Origin: Cereibacter sphaeroides 2.4.1
Lineage (GTDB): Bacteria > Pseudomonadota > Alphaproteobacteria > Rhodobacterales > Rhodobacteraceae
Direction: 5' to 3'
Length of the DNA: 32,000 nucleotides
Assembly: GCF_000012905.2 (NCBI RefSeq)
Contig: NC_007494.2
Location: forward strand, 510,001-542,000
The notes beneath the pieces were generated by a model. That model did no database searches. It was not told the DNA's origin and saw nothing but the letters and a program-made list of their open reading frames with translations. The position numbers and the translations under genes are program-made. Shown here piece by piece: positions 9,247 to 17,280 of the stretch (position 1 is its first letter; the number at the start of each line of letters is the position of its first letter).

Positions 9247-10307
9247 GAACATTCCTCCGGGCCCCGAATCGTGACGGGACGCACAATCTCGCCCGGCTCG
9301 TAGAAGCCGCCGACGAGATCGCAGGACAAGAGGTAATCCGACCGCAGGACGCCCTCGGGCTTGGCCACCAGCGCCTCGAGAAGCCGCCTTAGCCGCACCT
9401 GCCGCGCGATCCAGAGATCCTCGCCCTCCTCGGCCGAGATCGGCGCGAAGCGGACCTGCGCGCCCACCGGCATCTGCGCGAGCCGCGCGAGATCGACCGA
9501 GGCCACGGTCCCGATCTTGGGATAGCCGCCGGTGGTCTGGCTCTCGGCCAGAAGCACGAGCGGCATCCCCGAGCCCGGCACCTGCACCGAGCCCGGCACC
9601 GTGCCGTCGGAGACGATGTCGTGCCCGCGCGCGGCGGGCAGGTCGGTGCCGCCCAGCACCATGGCCATCCGGTCGCGCTGCGGGGTCACGGTGAAGTCGC
9701 ACCCGGTGAGGCGCGCCACGATCTCGGGGGCGAAATGGCCGTCCTGCGGGCCGAGGATCAGCCGGATCGGTCCCGTCTCGCGGAAGGGCGCCGCGCCGTC
9801 CAGACGGCTGTCGGGGCGCAGGCAGGGCGCGTCGGCCTCGTCGGGGCCGAGCGGCAGCCGGTCGCCCGCCGCCAGCGCCCGCCCCTCGGGGCCGCCGAGG
9901 CCCGAGCGGAGATGCGTCGCGCGCGAGCCCAGCACCTCGGGCGTGGCGATGGCGCCGGAGAAGGCCAGATAGGCCCAGACCGTGCCTTCGGGCACGCCCA
10001 CGGTGAGGGTTTCACCGGGGTTCAGCCGGTGGCTCTCGCCCGCCAGCACCACGCGCTTGTCGATGCGGATCGGGCAGTCGGCCCCGGCCACCGCAAAGCG
10101 CACCGGCCGGTCGCAGCGGAAGCTGCCCGCAGGGCCTGCGAATTCCAGCGCCGCGGCGCCGGGCGCATTGCCCACGAGCGCATTGGCGAGCGCCATGGCG
10201 GCCCGGTCGATGGGGCCCGCGGGCGAGACGCCCATGTGGCGCAGGCCGAAGCGGCCCGCGTCCTGCACGGTCAGCATGGGACCTGCGGTCAGGATCTCGA
10301 GGCTCAT
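9243..10307 (-). CDS. pxpC: 5-oxoprolinase subunit C (biotin-independent carboxyltransferase-like; KipA / allophanate hydrolase subunit 2 family)
   Basis: 354 aa. The N-terminus MSLEILTAGPMLTVQDAGRFGLRHMGVSPAGPID and the GGYPKIGTV motif are characteristic of the family. It is adjacent to pxpB with a 4-nt overlap. Confidence 0.85.
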   Translation of the reverse strand: MSLEILTAGPMLTVQDAGRFGLRHMGVSPAGPIDRAAMALANALVGNAPGAAALEFAGPAGSFRCDRPVRFAVAGADCPIRIDKRVVLAGESHRLNPGETLTVGVPEGTVWAYLAFSGAIATPEVLGSRATHLRSGLGGPEGRALAAGDRLPLGPDEADAPCLRPDSRLDGAAPFRETGPIRLILGPQDGHFAPEIVARLTGCDFTVTPQRDRMAMVLGGTDLPAARGHDIVSDGTVPGSVQVPGSGMPLVLLAESQTTGGYPKIGTVASVDLARLAQMPVGAQVRFAPISAEEGEDLWIARQVRLRRLLEALVAKPEGVLRSDYLLSCDLVGGFYEPGEIVRPVTIRGPEECS

Positions 10308-11035
10308 GCGCGGATCTCTTCGGGGGTCACGATCATCTCGCCTGCGGCACTGCGCGCCTCGAGCGCGCGCGCCTCCTCGGGTCCGACAGGATGGAAGCGG
10401 ATATGGTCGCCTGCGCGGAACAGGAAGGGCTCGGCGCGGGCGGGATCGAAGCTGCGCACCGGCGTCCAGCCGAGGAAGCGCCAGCCCGAGGGCCCGGCGA
10501 CGGAATTGATGTTGCCCTGCTGGCCGCCGATGCCGACCGCGCCGCGCGGGATGTTCTGGCGCGGCTTCGGCAGGCGGGGCGTGTGCAGGATCTCGGGCTG
10601 GCCGCCGAGATAGGCGAAGCCCGGCGCGAAGCCGATCATGAAGACGCGGTAGTCGGTCCCGGAATGGAGTGCGATCAGCTCTTCGGGCGAGAGGCCCTTC
10701 ATGCGGGCCATCTCCTGAAGATCCTGCCCCACCTCGCCGCCGTAGAGGCAGGGGATCCGCCAGAGCCGGCCCGCCGCCGCCGCGAGCGGCCGGGCCGCGA
10801 TCTCGAGAAGCCGGGGGCCGAGGTCCTTCGCGCGGATGCGTTCGGGGTCGTAGCGCACGAGAAGCGAGCGGTAGGTCGGCACGATGTCGAGGACGCCCGC
10901 GAGGTCGCCGGACCGCGCGGCCTCCTCGACAGCCTCCGCAAGCGCGATGATGCGGGCATTGGCCTCGGCATCGATGCTTTCGCCGATCTGGACGGTGAGG
11001 GCGCTGTCGCCGCAGGGAAGAAGGCTGGGGGTCAT
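10304..11035 (-). CDS. pxpB: 5-oxoprolinase subunit B (KipI / allophanate hydrolase subunit 1 family)
   Basis: ATG at 11033-11035 gives MTPSLLPCGDSALTVQIG..., 243 aa. The VPTYRSLLVRYDP and FAPGFAYLGG motifs are typical. The 849-aa ORF in the track is a spurious upstream extension through the dctM antisense frame. Confidence 0.85.
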   Translation of the reverse strand: MTPSLLPCGDSALTVQIGESIDAEANARIIALAEAVEEAARSGDLAGVLDIVPTYRSLLVRYDPERIRAKDLGPRLLEIAARPLAAAAGRLWRIPCLYGGEVGQDLQEMARMKGLSPEELIALHSGTDYRVFMIGFAPGFAYLGGQPEILHTPRLPKPRQNIPRGAVGIGGQQGNINSVAGPSGWRFLGWTPVRSFDPARAEPFLFRAGDHIRFHPVGPEEARALEARSAAGEMIVTPEEIRA

Positions 11036-11066
11036 CGTCACGGGATCATACTCATTTCGGGATGAT

Positions 11067-11087
11067 CCGCAGCCGTCAGGGCTGCGG
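11067..11087 (-). other. Intercistronic stem-loop between the TRAP large permease gene and pxpB
   Basis: CCGCAGCC-gtcag-GGCTGCGG forms a perfect 8-bp stem. A second possible stem, GGATCAT(11043-11049)/ATGATCC(11062-11068), lies next to it. It sits in the 59-nt gap inside the operon. Function unknown. Confidence 0.3.
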
Positions 11088-11094
11088 ACCTCTG

Positions 11095-12396
11095 TCAGTT
11101 GCCGCGTATCAGGTCCGGCAGGAAGCCGATGATGCCCGGGAAGACCGCGATGAGCAGCACGAAGGCCGCCATGATGAGGAAGAAGGGCATGGTGGCGCGC
11201 GTGATGCGCCCCATGCTGTCCCCCGTCAGCCGCTGGATCACCGTGAGGTTGAAGCCCACCGGCGGCGTGATCTGGGCCATCTCGACCACGATCACGAGGA
11301 AGATGCCGAACCAGACCTTGTCGTAGCCCGCGGCCACCGCCAGCGGCAGCGTGATCGGCAGCGTCATCACGATGATGCCGAGCCCCTCCATCACCGTGCC
11401 GAGCAGGACGTAGAAGATCAGCAGCACCACCACGAGCATCAGGGGCGACATGCCCCAGCTCTGGATCTCGGTCGCGATGTAGCGCGGCACGCCGAGATAG
11501 CCGATCATCGTCGACAGGAACATCGCCCCGATCATGATGAGGCCGATCATGGCGCAGCTTTCGGCCGCCTGACGCGCGGCGCTCAGAAGGCCCCCCAGCG
11601 TCAGCGTGCGCTGCGCGAAGCCGATGATCATCGAGACGACCACGCCCACGGTGGCGGCCTCGGTCGGCGAGGCGATCCCGCCGTACATCGAGCCGATGAC
11701 GCCCGCGATGAGGAGAAGAAGCGGCCCCAGATCCTTCAACGCCACCATCTTCTCGCGGAAGCTGGTGCGCGGGGGAGTCGCGCCCACGAGCGCGGGGTTG
11801 AGCCACGAGCGGATCGCGAGATACCCCATGTAGGAGGCCGCGAGCATCAGCCCCGGCACGATGCCGGCGATGAAGAGCCGCAGGATCGATTCCTCGGCCA
11901 TCACCCCGTAGATGATCATGATGGTCGAGGGCGGGATCAGGAAGCCGAGCGTCCCCGCCCCGGCAAGGCTGCCCGTCACGAGGTCGCGGTTGTAGCCGCG
12001 GTCGATCAGTTCCTTGGCGGTGATGCGCCCCACGGTGGCCGTGGTCGCCGCCGACGAGCCGCAGACCGAGGCGAACATGGTGCAGCCGAGCACGGTCAGG
12101 TGCGACAGCCGCCCCGGCACCCGGCGCAGCCAGGGCGAGAGGCCGGTGAACAGCGCCTCGGAGATCTTCGTGCGGAAGAGGATCTCGGCCATCAGGATGA
12201 AGAGCGGCAGCGCGAGCAGCTCGGGCGAGACGACGACGTTGTAGGTCTGCTGCGCGAGAAGCTTGAGCCCCGGCATGTTCGGCCGGAAGAGCGTAAGCAG
12301 CCCCACGCCGGTGCCGATGAGCCCGAGGCCGATCCAGAGGCCGCTGCCCAGAAGCAGCGTGAGAAGGCCGAGCAGGGTGGCAATGATCTTTCCCAT
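11095..12396 (-). CDS. TRAP transporter large permease subunit (DctM family)
   Basis: 433 aa and very hydrophobic, with a multi-TM DctM-like sequence (…GSSAATTATVG…, …IPPSTIMIIYG…). Confidence 0.92.
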   Translation of the reverse strand: MGKIIATLLGLLTLLLGSGLWIGLGLIGTGVGLLTLFRPNMPGLKLLAQQTYNVVVSPELLALPLFILMAEILFRTKISEALFTGLSPWLRRVPGRLSHLTVLGCTMFASVCGSSAATTATVGRITAKELIDRGYNRDLVTGSLAGAGTLGFLIPPSTIMIIYGVMAEESILRLFIAGIVPGLMLAASYMGYLAIRSWLNPALVGATPPRTSFREKMVALKDLGPLLLLIAGVIGSMYGGIASPTEAATVGVVVSMIIGFAQRTLTLGGLLSAARQAAESCAMIGLIMIGAMFLSTMIGYLGVPRYIATEIQSWGMSPLMLVVVLLIFYVLLGTVMEGLGIIVMTLPITLPLAVAAGYDKVWFGIFLVIVVEMAQITPPVGFNLTVIQRLTGDSMGRITRATMPFFLIMAAFVLLIAVFPGIIGFLPDLIRGN

Positions 12397-12405
12397 GGAC
12401 GGCTC

Positions 12406-12939
12406 CTATTCCAGACCGGGGCCGACGGAGAGTTCCTCGCCGCGCAAGAGGCGCAGGATCTGGGCGAGGCACTGCAGGGTGAGGATCGTGGCGCCCGTCG
12501 CAAGCGCCGCCTGCGGGTAGACGAGCGGGACGCGGAACGAGGTGGCGGCGGTCGAGCCGCGCTGCGCCGAGAGCCAGGCCATCTCGATCAGGGCCCAGCT
12601 CAGATAGGCGCAGATCGCGAGGCCCACGAGGCAGGCCGCGAACTCGAGCGTGCGGCCCACCGCGCGGGGCATCGATTCGAGCAGGGCCGTGACGCGGACA
12701 TGGCTGCCGCCCTTGAGTGCGCTGCCGCTGGCCAGAAGGAAGCAGGTTCCCATGAAGTAGCCCGCCAGATCCCAGGAGAAGTGGATCGAATAGGCGAGAA
12801 GGTTGCGCGAGAAGATCTCGGCCGCCACGAGGACGAGGATACCGAGGAGGCACAGGGCCGCGAGATAGCCGCCCAGATCGGTTACGCCGTCGATCACGGC
12901 GAGCGTCCTGCGGAAGCGGGTTGGGGCAAGTGAGGTCAT
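12406..12939 (-). CDS. TRAP transporter small permease subunit (DctQ family)
   Basis: The start is taken at ATG 12937-12939 (MTSLAPTRFRRTLAVIDGV...), giving 177 aa and 4 predicted TM segments. The 29 extra residues of the longer ORF are Arg/Pro-rich. Confidence 0.8.
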   Translation of the reverse strand: MTSLAPTRFRRTLAVIDGVTDLGGYLAALCLLGILVLVAAEIFSRNLLAYSIHFSWDLAGYFMGTCFLLASGSALKGGSHVRVTALLESMPRAVGRTLEFAACLVGLAICAYLSWALIEMAWLSAQRGSTAATSFRVPLVYPQAALATGATILTLQCLAQILRLLRGEELSVGPGLE

Positions 12940-12999
12940 GGAGCTCAACGGTCGACGAGGGGAAGGAGGCGCCGCGTCGCGGAGCCGGAGAGGGGGAAT

Positions 13000-13024
13000 G
13001 CGGGCGGGGCCTTCGCCCCGCCGC
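13000..13024 (-). other. GC-rich stem-loop immediately downstream of the TRAP binding-protein gene
   Basis: GCGGGCGGGGC-cttc-GCCCCGCCGC forms a stem of about 10 bp with one bulged G. It lies in the 97-nt dctP-dctQ spacer and has no U-tract. This placement is typical of 3'-end stabiliser or attenuator hairpins after binding-protein genes. Confidence 0.35.
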
Positions 13025-13036
13025 ATCCCTGTCCCG

Positions 13037-14020
13037 TCAGTTGCGCAGGGTCAGATAGGCGTCGATGATCGGCGCCGCCTCCGGCACCCGGGTCTTGTAG
13101 GCATCCCAGAGCGGCAGCGCCTTCTCGAGCAGCGCGGCCGACAGTTCGGGCGACGGAGCCGAGACCTCGACACCGTTCTCCTTCAGGGTGGCGATCTTCT
13201 TGGCATCCTCGGCGCGGCTGTTCAGCCAGAACTGACCTTCGAGGCCGGCGGCGGTTTCCTCGATCTTCTGCCGGGTCTCGAGCGGCAGCTCGTTCCAGGC
13301 ATCGAGGTTCACCGACATGATGTTCGACGAAGCCTGCCAATTGAAGGTGCTCATGTATTTGGTGAATTCCCAGAAGGCGCCGTCCACGCCCGACGAGGAG
13401 GAGGTCGTCACGCCCTTGATGGTGCCAGCCGCGAGCGAGGGCACCACCTCGCCCCAGGGCATCTGGATCGGCGTGGCGCCGAGCGCGCCGAAGAAGTCGT
13501 TGCCGTTCGAATCGACCACGCGGATCGTGAGGCCCTTGAGGTCCTCGACCGTGTTGATCGGGTTCGGCGCGAAGACGGCCTGCCCCGGCCACGGCACCAT
13601 GTAGAGGATCTTCTGGTTCATGCCGGCCGCGACCTCGTCGAGCTTCGGACGGTAGAACTTGTGCAGGAGCGCGAGGTCGGCCATCGTCGGCGCGAGGAAG
13701 GGCAGCGTCTCGATCCCGAGTACCGGAGCCTCGCCCACCTGCTGGTTGAGCAGGATCTCTGCGATCGGCACCAGCCCGTCGCGCACCGCGGCCATACCTT
13801 CCGGGCCCTTGATCCCGAGCGCGCCGCCGGAATGGACCGTGATGACCACTTCGCCGTCAGTCGCTTCCTTCACCGCATCCGCGAACGCCATGGCGTTCTG
13901 GGTGTGGAAGTTGCCTTCCGGCCAGACGATCGACATGTCCCATTTGGTTTCGGCCCAGGCCGACGTGGCGGCGACCGAGACGGCAAAAGCGGCAGTGGCA
14001 GCGATACTTCCCTGTTTCAT
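13037..14020 (-). CDS. TRAP transporter substrate-binding protein (DctP family), first gene of the minus-strand operon
   Basis: 327 aa with a signal peptide (MKQGSIAATAAFAVSVAATSAWA/ETK) and a DctP-like body. Confidence 0.9.
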   Translation of the reverse strand: MKQGSIAATAAFAVSVAATSAWAETKWDMSIVWPEGNFHTQNAMAFADAVKEATDGEVVITVHSGGALGIKGPEGMAAVRDGLVPIAEILLNQQVGEAPVLGIETLPFLAPTMADLALLHKFYRPKLDEVAAGMNQKILYMVPWPGQAVFAPNPINTVEDLKGLTIRVVDSNGNDFFGALGATPIQMPWGEVVPSLAAGTIKGVTTSSSSGVDGAFWEFTKYMSTFNWQASSNIMSVNLDAWNELPLETRQKIEETAAGLEGQFWLNSRAEDAKKIATLKENGVEVSAPSPELSAALLEKALPLWDAYKTRVPEAAPIIDAYLTLRN

Positions 14021-14066
14021 GTTTTCCCTTCCCAGGATTTGGTTGGCTGGATTGTTCTTGAGATTT

Positions 14067-14085
14067 CAGTATACCAACTGTATCC
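14067..14085. promoter_or_regulatory. Candidate GntR-type operator in the divergent dctP / pxpA control region
   Basis: CAGTATACCAACTGTATCC contains a GTATAC palindrome and an ATAC-N5-GTAT inverted repeat, resembling the FadR-subfamily GT-Nx-AC core. It sits in the most AT-rich part of the 174-nt divergent intergenic region, and two GntR genes lie in the operon. This is motif-level evidence only. Confidence 0.3.
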
Positions 14086-14194
14086 CATTTATGAAGCGGC
14101 CCGGCGCGATCTGTCAATCCTCCGGGCCGGACCGCCGAAAGAAACATCCGAAATCTCGGAAAATGCTGAAAAACTTCGCAGGACAGGGCTGGGA

Positions 14195-14965
14195 ATGGTG
14201 AAAAGGATCGATCTCAACTGCGACATGGGCGAGAGCTTCGGCGCCTATGTGATGGGCGACGACGCAGGCATGCTGGAGCTGGTGACCTCGGCCAATATCG
14301 CCTGCGGATTCCATGCAGGCGACCCGGTGGTGATGCGTCGGACGATCCGCATGGCCAGGGAAAAGGGCGTGTCGGTGGGGGCGCATCCCTCCTTCGCCGA
14401 TCTCTACGGGTTCGGCCGGCGGCGGATCTCGGGCGAGCGGCCCGAGGATCTCGAGACGCAGCTCATCTTCCAGATCGTCGCGATGCAGGGCATGGCCGCG
14501 CTCGAGGGCCATCCGATGACCCATGTGAAGACCCATGGCGCGCTCGGCAACATGGCGGCGGTCGATCCCGACCTCGCCGCGCTCTGCGTCCGGGCGATCC
14601 GGGCGGTCGATCCGGGCCTCGTCTTCGTGACGCTGCCCTATTCCGAGACCTTCCGCGCCGCCGAGGCCGCGGGCCTCCGGGTCGCCTGCGAGATCTATGC
14701 CGACCGCAGCTATACGGATGCGGGCGAGCTTACCCCGCGCAGCCAGCCCGGCGCGGTGATCCACGACCCCGAGCAGAGCCTCGCGCAGGTGCTCGAGATG
14801 GTGGTGAACGGCCACATTCCCACGACGGGCGGCAAGCGGCTGCCGGTCAGCCCCGACACGCTCTGCATCCACGGCGATACCGCGGGCGCGGTCGCCATTG
14901 CCCGCCGCCTGCGCAGCGCCCTCGAAGAGAACGGCATCGCCATCGCGCCGTTCGCCCAAGCCTGA
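14195..14965 (+). CDS. pxpA: 5-oxoprolinase subunit A (LamB/YcsF family lactamase)
   Basis: ATG 14195 gives MVKRIDLNCDMGESFGAY...NIACGFHAGDP...GAHPSF...THVKPHGAL-like motifs, the hallmark LamB/YcsF signature. 256 aa. The 675-aa ORF in the track is an upstream run-on antisense to dctP. Confidence 0.9.
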   Translation: MVKRIDLNCDMGESFGAYVMGDDAGMLELVTSANIACGFHAGDPVVMRRTIRMAREKGVSVGAHPSFADLYGFGRRRISGERPEDLETQLIFQIVAMQGMAALEGHPMTHVKTHGALGNMAAVDPDLAALCVRAIRAVDPGLVFVTLPYSETFRAAEAAGLRVACEIYADRSYTDAGELTPRSQPGAVIHDPEQSLAQVLEMVVNGHIPTTGGKRLPVSPDTLCIHGDTAGAVAIARRLRSALEENGIAIAPFAQA

Positions 14966-14976
14966 AGGATCCGACC

Positions 14977-15834
14977 ATGACCCGCACCCTCTATCTCAAC
15001 GGCGCCTGGTTGCCCGAATCGGAGGCCAAGGTTTCGGTCTTCGACCGCGGCTTCCTCATGGCGGACGGCATCTACGAGGTGACCTGCGTGCTCGACGGCA
15101 AGCTCGTCGATTATGCGGGCCATGCCGCGCGGCTGCAGCGGTCGGCGCAGGAGCTGGGCATGGCCCTGCCGCTCACCGAAGCGGAACTGCTCGAGGTCCA
15201 TCGCGAGATCGTGGCCCGCAACGCGCTCGATCAGGGGCTGATCTACCTCCAGCTCACCCGCGGCGTGGCCGAGCGCGACTTCGTCTATCCGCCCGCCGGC
15301 ACGCCGCCGACGCTCGTGATGTTCACACAGGCCAAGAACGTGCTCGAGAATGCCGCGGCCGAGGCAGGCATCCGGGTCGCGCTGCTGCCCGACCTGCGCT
15401 GGGGACGGCGCGACATCAAGACGGTGCAGCTCCTCTATCCCTGCATGGCGAAGATGGAGGCCAAGGCCCGCGGCGCCGACGATGCCTGGCTCGTCGAAGA
15501 CGGTTTCGTGACCGAGGGCAGCGCCGCCACCTCGCATATCGTGACCGCCGAGGGCGTGCTCGTCACCCGAGACCTCTCGCATGCGCTCCTGCCCGGCATC
15601 ACCCGCGCCTCGGTGCTGGAGCTGGCCGCGGCGCATGGCGTGCGGGTCGAGGAACGCGCCTTCACCCCGGACGAGGCGCGCGCCGCGCGCGAGGCCTTCA
15701 TCACCTCGGCCACCAACTTCGTGGTTCCCGTGGTGGCCATCGACGGCGCGACCGTGGGCGACGGCAAGCCCGGCGCGCTGACCCGCGACCTGCGGCGCTT
15801 CTACATCGAGACCCGCCGCGCGTCGGCAATCTGA
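14977..15834 (+). CDS. Class IV aminotransferase, D-amino-acid (D-alanine) aminotransferase-like
   Basis: 285 aa. The sequence VSVFDRGFLMADGIYEV... RDIKTVQLL (Lys region) ...TEGSAATSHIV...LPGITR is the fold-type IV pattern. An AAGGA SD lies upstream. Confidence 0.85.
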   Translation: MTRTLYLNGAWLPESEAKVSVFDRGFLMADGIYEVTCVLDGKLVDYAGHAARLQRSAQELGMALPLTEAELLEVHREIVARNALDQGLIYLQLTRGVAERDFVYPPAGTPPTLVMFTQAKNVLENAAAEAGIRVALLPDLRWGRRDIKTVQLLYPCMAKMEAKARGADDAWLVEDGFVTEGSAATSHIVTAEGVLVTRDLSHALLPGITRASVLELAAAHGVRVEERAFTPDEARAAREAFITSATNFVVPVVAIDGATVGDGKPGALTRDLRRFYIETRRASAI

Positions 15835-15845
15835 GGAGAGAGACC

Positions 15846-16772
15846 ATGGCCGAACGGATCAACCGCGACACGCGCGGCGTCTATATCATCGCCGCGACCC
15901 CCTTCACGGATCGGGGCGAGATCGACCACGACAGCCTCCTCAGCCTCGTCGATTTCTACATCGGCCACGGCGTGACGGGCCTCACCATCCTCGGCATGAT
16001 GGGCGAGGCGAACAAGATGACCGGCGACGAACGCCGCGCGGTGATCGACACGGTCCTTTCGCGCTCGGGCGACCTGCCGGTGGTGGTGGGCGTCTCGGAC
16101 GCGGGCCTCGCCAACCTCACCGATCTGGCCTCCTACGCGATGGACAAGGGCGCGGCCGGGGTCATGGTGGCCCCTTCGGCCGGCCCGGCCCGCGAGGACC
16201 GGATCGAGGGCTATTTCCATGCCGTCTGCGAGGCGCTCGGGCCTGAGGTGCCGGTCTGCTTCCAGGACTTCCCGCTGGCCACGGGCCTGCCGGTCTCGCC
16301 CGCCCTCATCCGTCGCCTCTCGCAGGAGCGCGACCAGATCGTCATGCTCAAGCACGAGGACTGGCCGGGGCTCACCAAGATCACCCAGCTGCGCAAGCAG
16401 GAGGAGGCGGCCGGCGTCGCCCGGCTCTCGATCCTCTGCGGCAACGGCGGGCTCTACCTGCCGCAGGAGCTGCAGCGAGGCGCCGACGGCGCCATGACCG
16501 GCTTCGCCTATCCCGAGGCGCTGGTCCAGACGGTCGCGCTGCATCACGCGGGCCGCGTGGACGAGGCCGAGGATCTCTTCGACCGCTACATCCCGATCCT
16601 GCGTCATGAACAACAGCCGGGCTTCGGCCTTGCGGTGCGCAAATATGTGCTGATGAAGCGCGGCGCGATCGCCTCGGCCGCCACCCGCGCGCCGGGACCG
16701 AAGATGTCGGCCGTCGACGCCGCCGAGACCGACCGTCTGATGGCCCGTCTCGAGGCGCGGCTGAAAGGCTGA
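15846..16772 (+). CDS. Dihydrodipicolinate synthase / N-acetylneuraminate lyase family (class I aldolase/deaminase) protein
   Basis: ATG 15846 gives MAERINRDTRGVYIIAATPFTDRGEIDHDSLLSLVDFYIGHGVTGLTILGMMGE, the DapA-family N-terminus. The candidate Schiff-base Lys is in IVMLKHED. 308 aa. Confidence 0.85.
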   Translation: MAERINRDTRGVYIIAATPFTDRGEIDHDSLLSLVDFYIGHGVTGLTILGMMGEANKMTGDERRAVIDTVLSRSGDLPVVVGVSDAGLANLTDLASYAMDKGAAGVMVAPSAGPAREDRIEGYFHAVCEALGPEVPVCFQDFPLATGLPVSPALIRRLSQERDQIVMLKHEDWPGLTKITQLRKQEEAAGVARLSILCGNGGLYLPQELQRGADGAMTGFAYPEALVQTVALHHAGRVDEAEDLFDRYIPILRHEQQPGFGLAVRKYVLMKRGAIASAATRAPGPKMSAVDAAETDRLMARLEARLKG

Positions 16773-16779
16773 TCTCGGA

Positions 16780-16806
16780 AAGCCGCGGCTCCTCCCACCG
16801 CGGTTT
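16780..16806 (+). terminator. Stem-loop after the DapA-family gene (weak intrinsic terminator candidate)
   Basis: AAGCCGCGG-ctcctccca-CCGCGGTTT forms about 9 bp including a G.U pair. It starts 8 nt after the stop at 16770-16772, and the T-run is only 3 nt. Confidence 0.3.
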
Positions 16807-17150
16807 CACGGGGCGCGCTCCCCGCCTCGTGCACGGTCACCCTCGGCGGACGCGCCGGGGGTGATTTCGTTTCGGGGGCCCGCGCCGAAGGACCTCGTCC
16901 GGGCGGGACGCCGGAGGAGCCGGGCTTCGTCCGAGGCCGCCCCCGCACGGGAAGCCGGCTTCCGCGGGCTCGCGCGACGTGCCGGAGCAGGACGCGCCAT
17001 GAAGCGCGGTGCGGACGGAGTAAGGCCGCGCCATGCCTGCGCATCCGCGGGGGATCCGAATGGAACCTACGCCCCATCCCGAGGCAGAAGCTGCCGGTCC
17101 GTGCGGCATCGGCCACATGCCGACGCGGAGACTGCCGAAAAATCCGGCAC

Positions 17151-17199
17151 TATAAACACAGGTTATATTACAACAATCAAAAGAGCCCTCATTTATATT
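17151..17199. promoter_or_regulatory. AT-rich control region upstream of the hydantoin/ABC operon, with a LysR-type T-N11-A inverted repeat and a TTATATT direct repeat
   Basis: TATAA-acacagg-TTATA (17151-17167) is an inverted repeat containing T-N11-A. TTATATT occurs at 17163-17169 and again at 17193-17199, exactly 30 nt apart. It lies about 80-130 nt upstream of ATG 17281 and is by far the most AT-rich stretch of the window. A LysR gene sits in the operon. Confidence 0.3.
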
Positions 17200-17280
17200 G
17201 ATGCGCCGGGGGTGCCTGTGGTCAGGATGATCTGCGGCGACAGAACCGACGAACATTCCGCCCCATCAACAGGAGATCCC

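Noticed and set aside
6315-9702. Track ORFs of 793 aa (6315-8696), 564 aa (7592-9286) and 372 aa (8584-9702), which could be read as large fusion proteins.
   Set aside because: In each, only the C-terminal part has family motifs. The N-terminal part is Arg/Pro-rich read-through of the upstream gene in another frame. Internal ATGs at 7595, 8587 and 9246 give normal-length proteins, and each overlaps the upstream stop by 4 nt.
10304-14965. An 849-aa ORF (10304-12853, minus), a 623-aa ORF (11062-12933, plus) and a 675-aa ORF (12938-14965, plus).
   Set aside because: These are run-on extensions or antisense frames over the TRAP genes. Only the pxpB part (from 11035) and the pxpA part (from 14195) carry family signatures.
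16773-17280. Possible riboswitch (for example guanidine/ykkC-type, given the amidohydrolase context) or small protein gene in the 508-nt spacer.
   Set aside because: By eye I could not find the conserved ykkC-like GGGA/ACGR/CCGGGAG segments or any other riboswitch core I know. The ORFs there are low-complexity. The question is left as an open unexplained spacer and needs an Infernal/Rfam scan.
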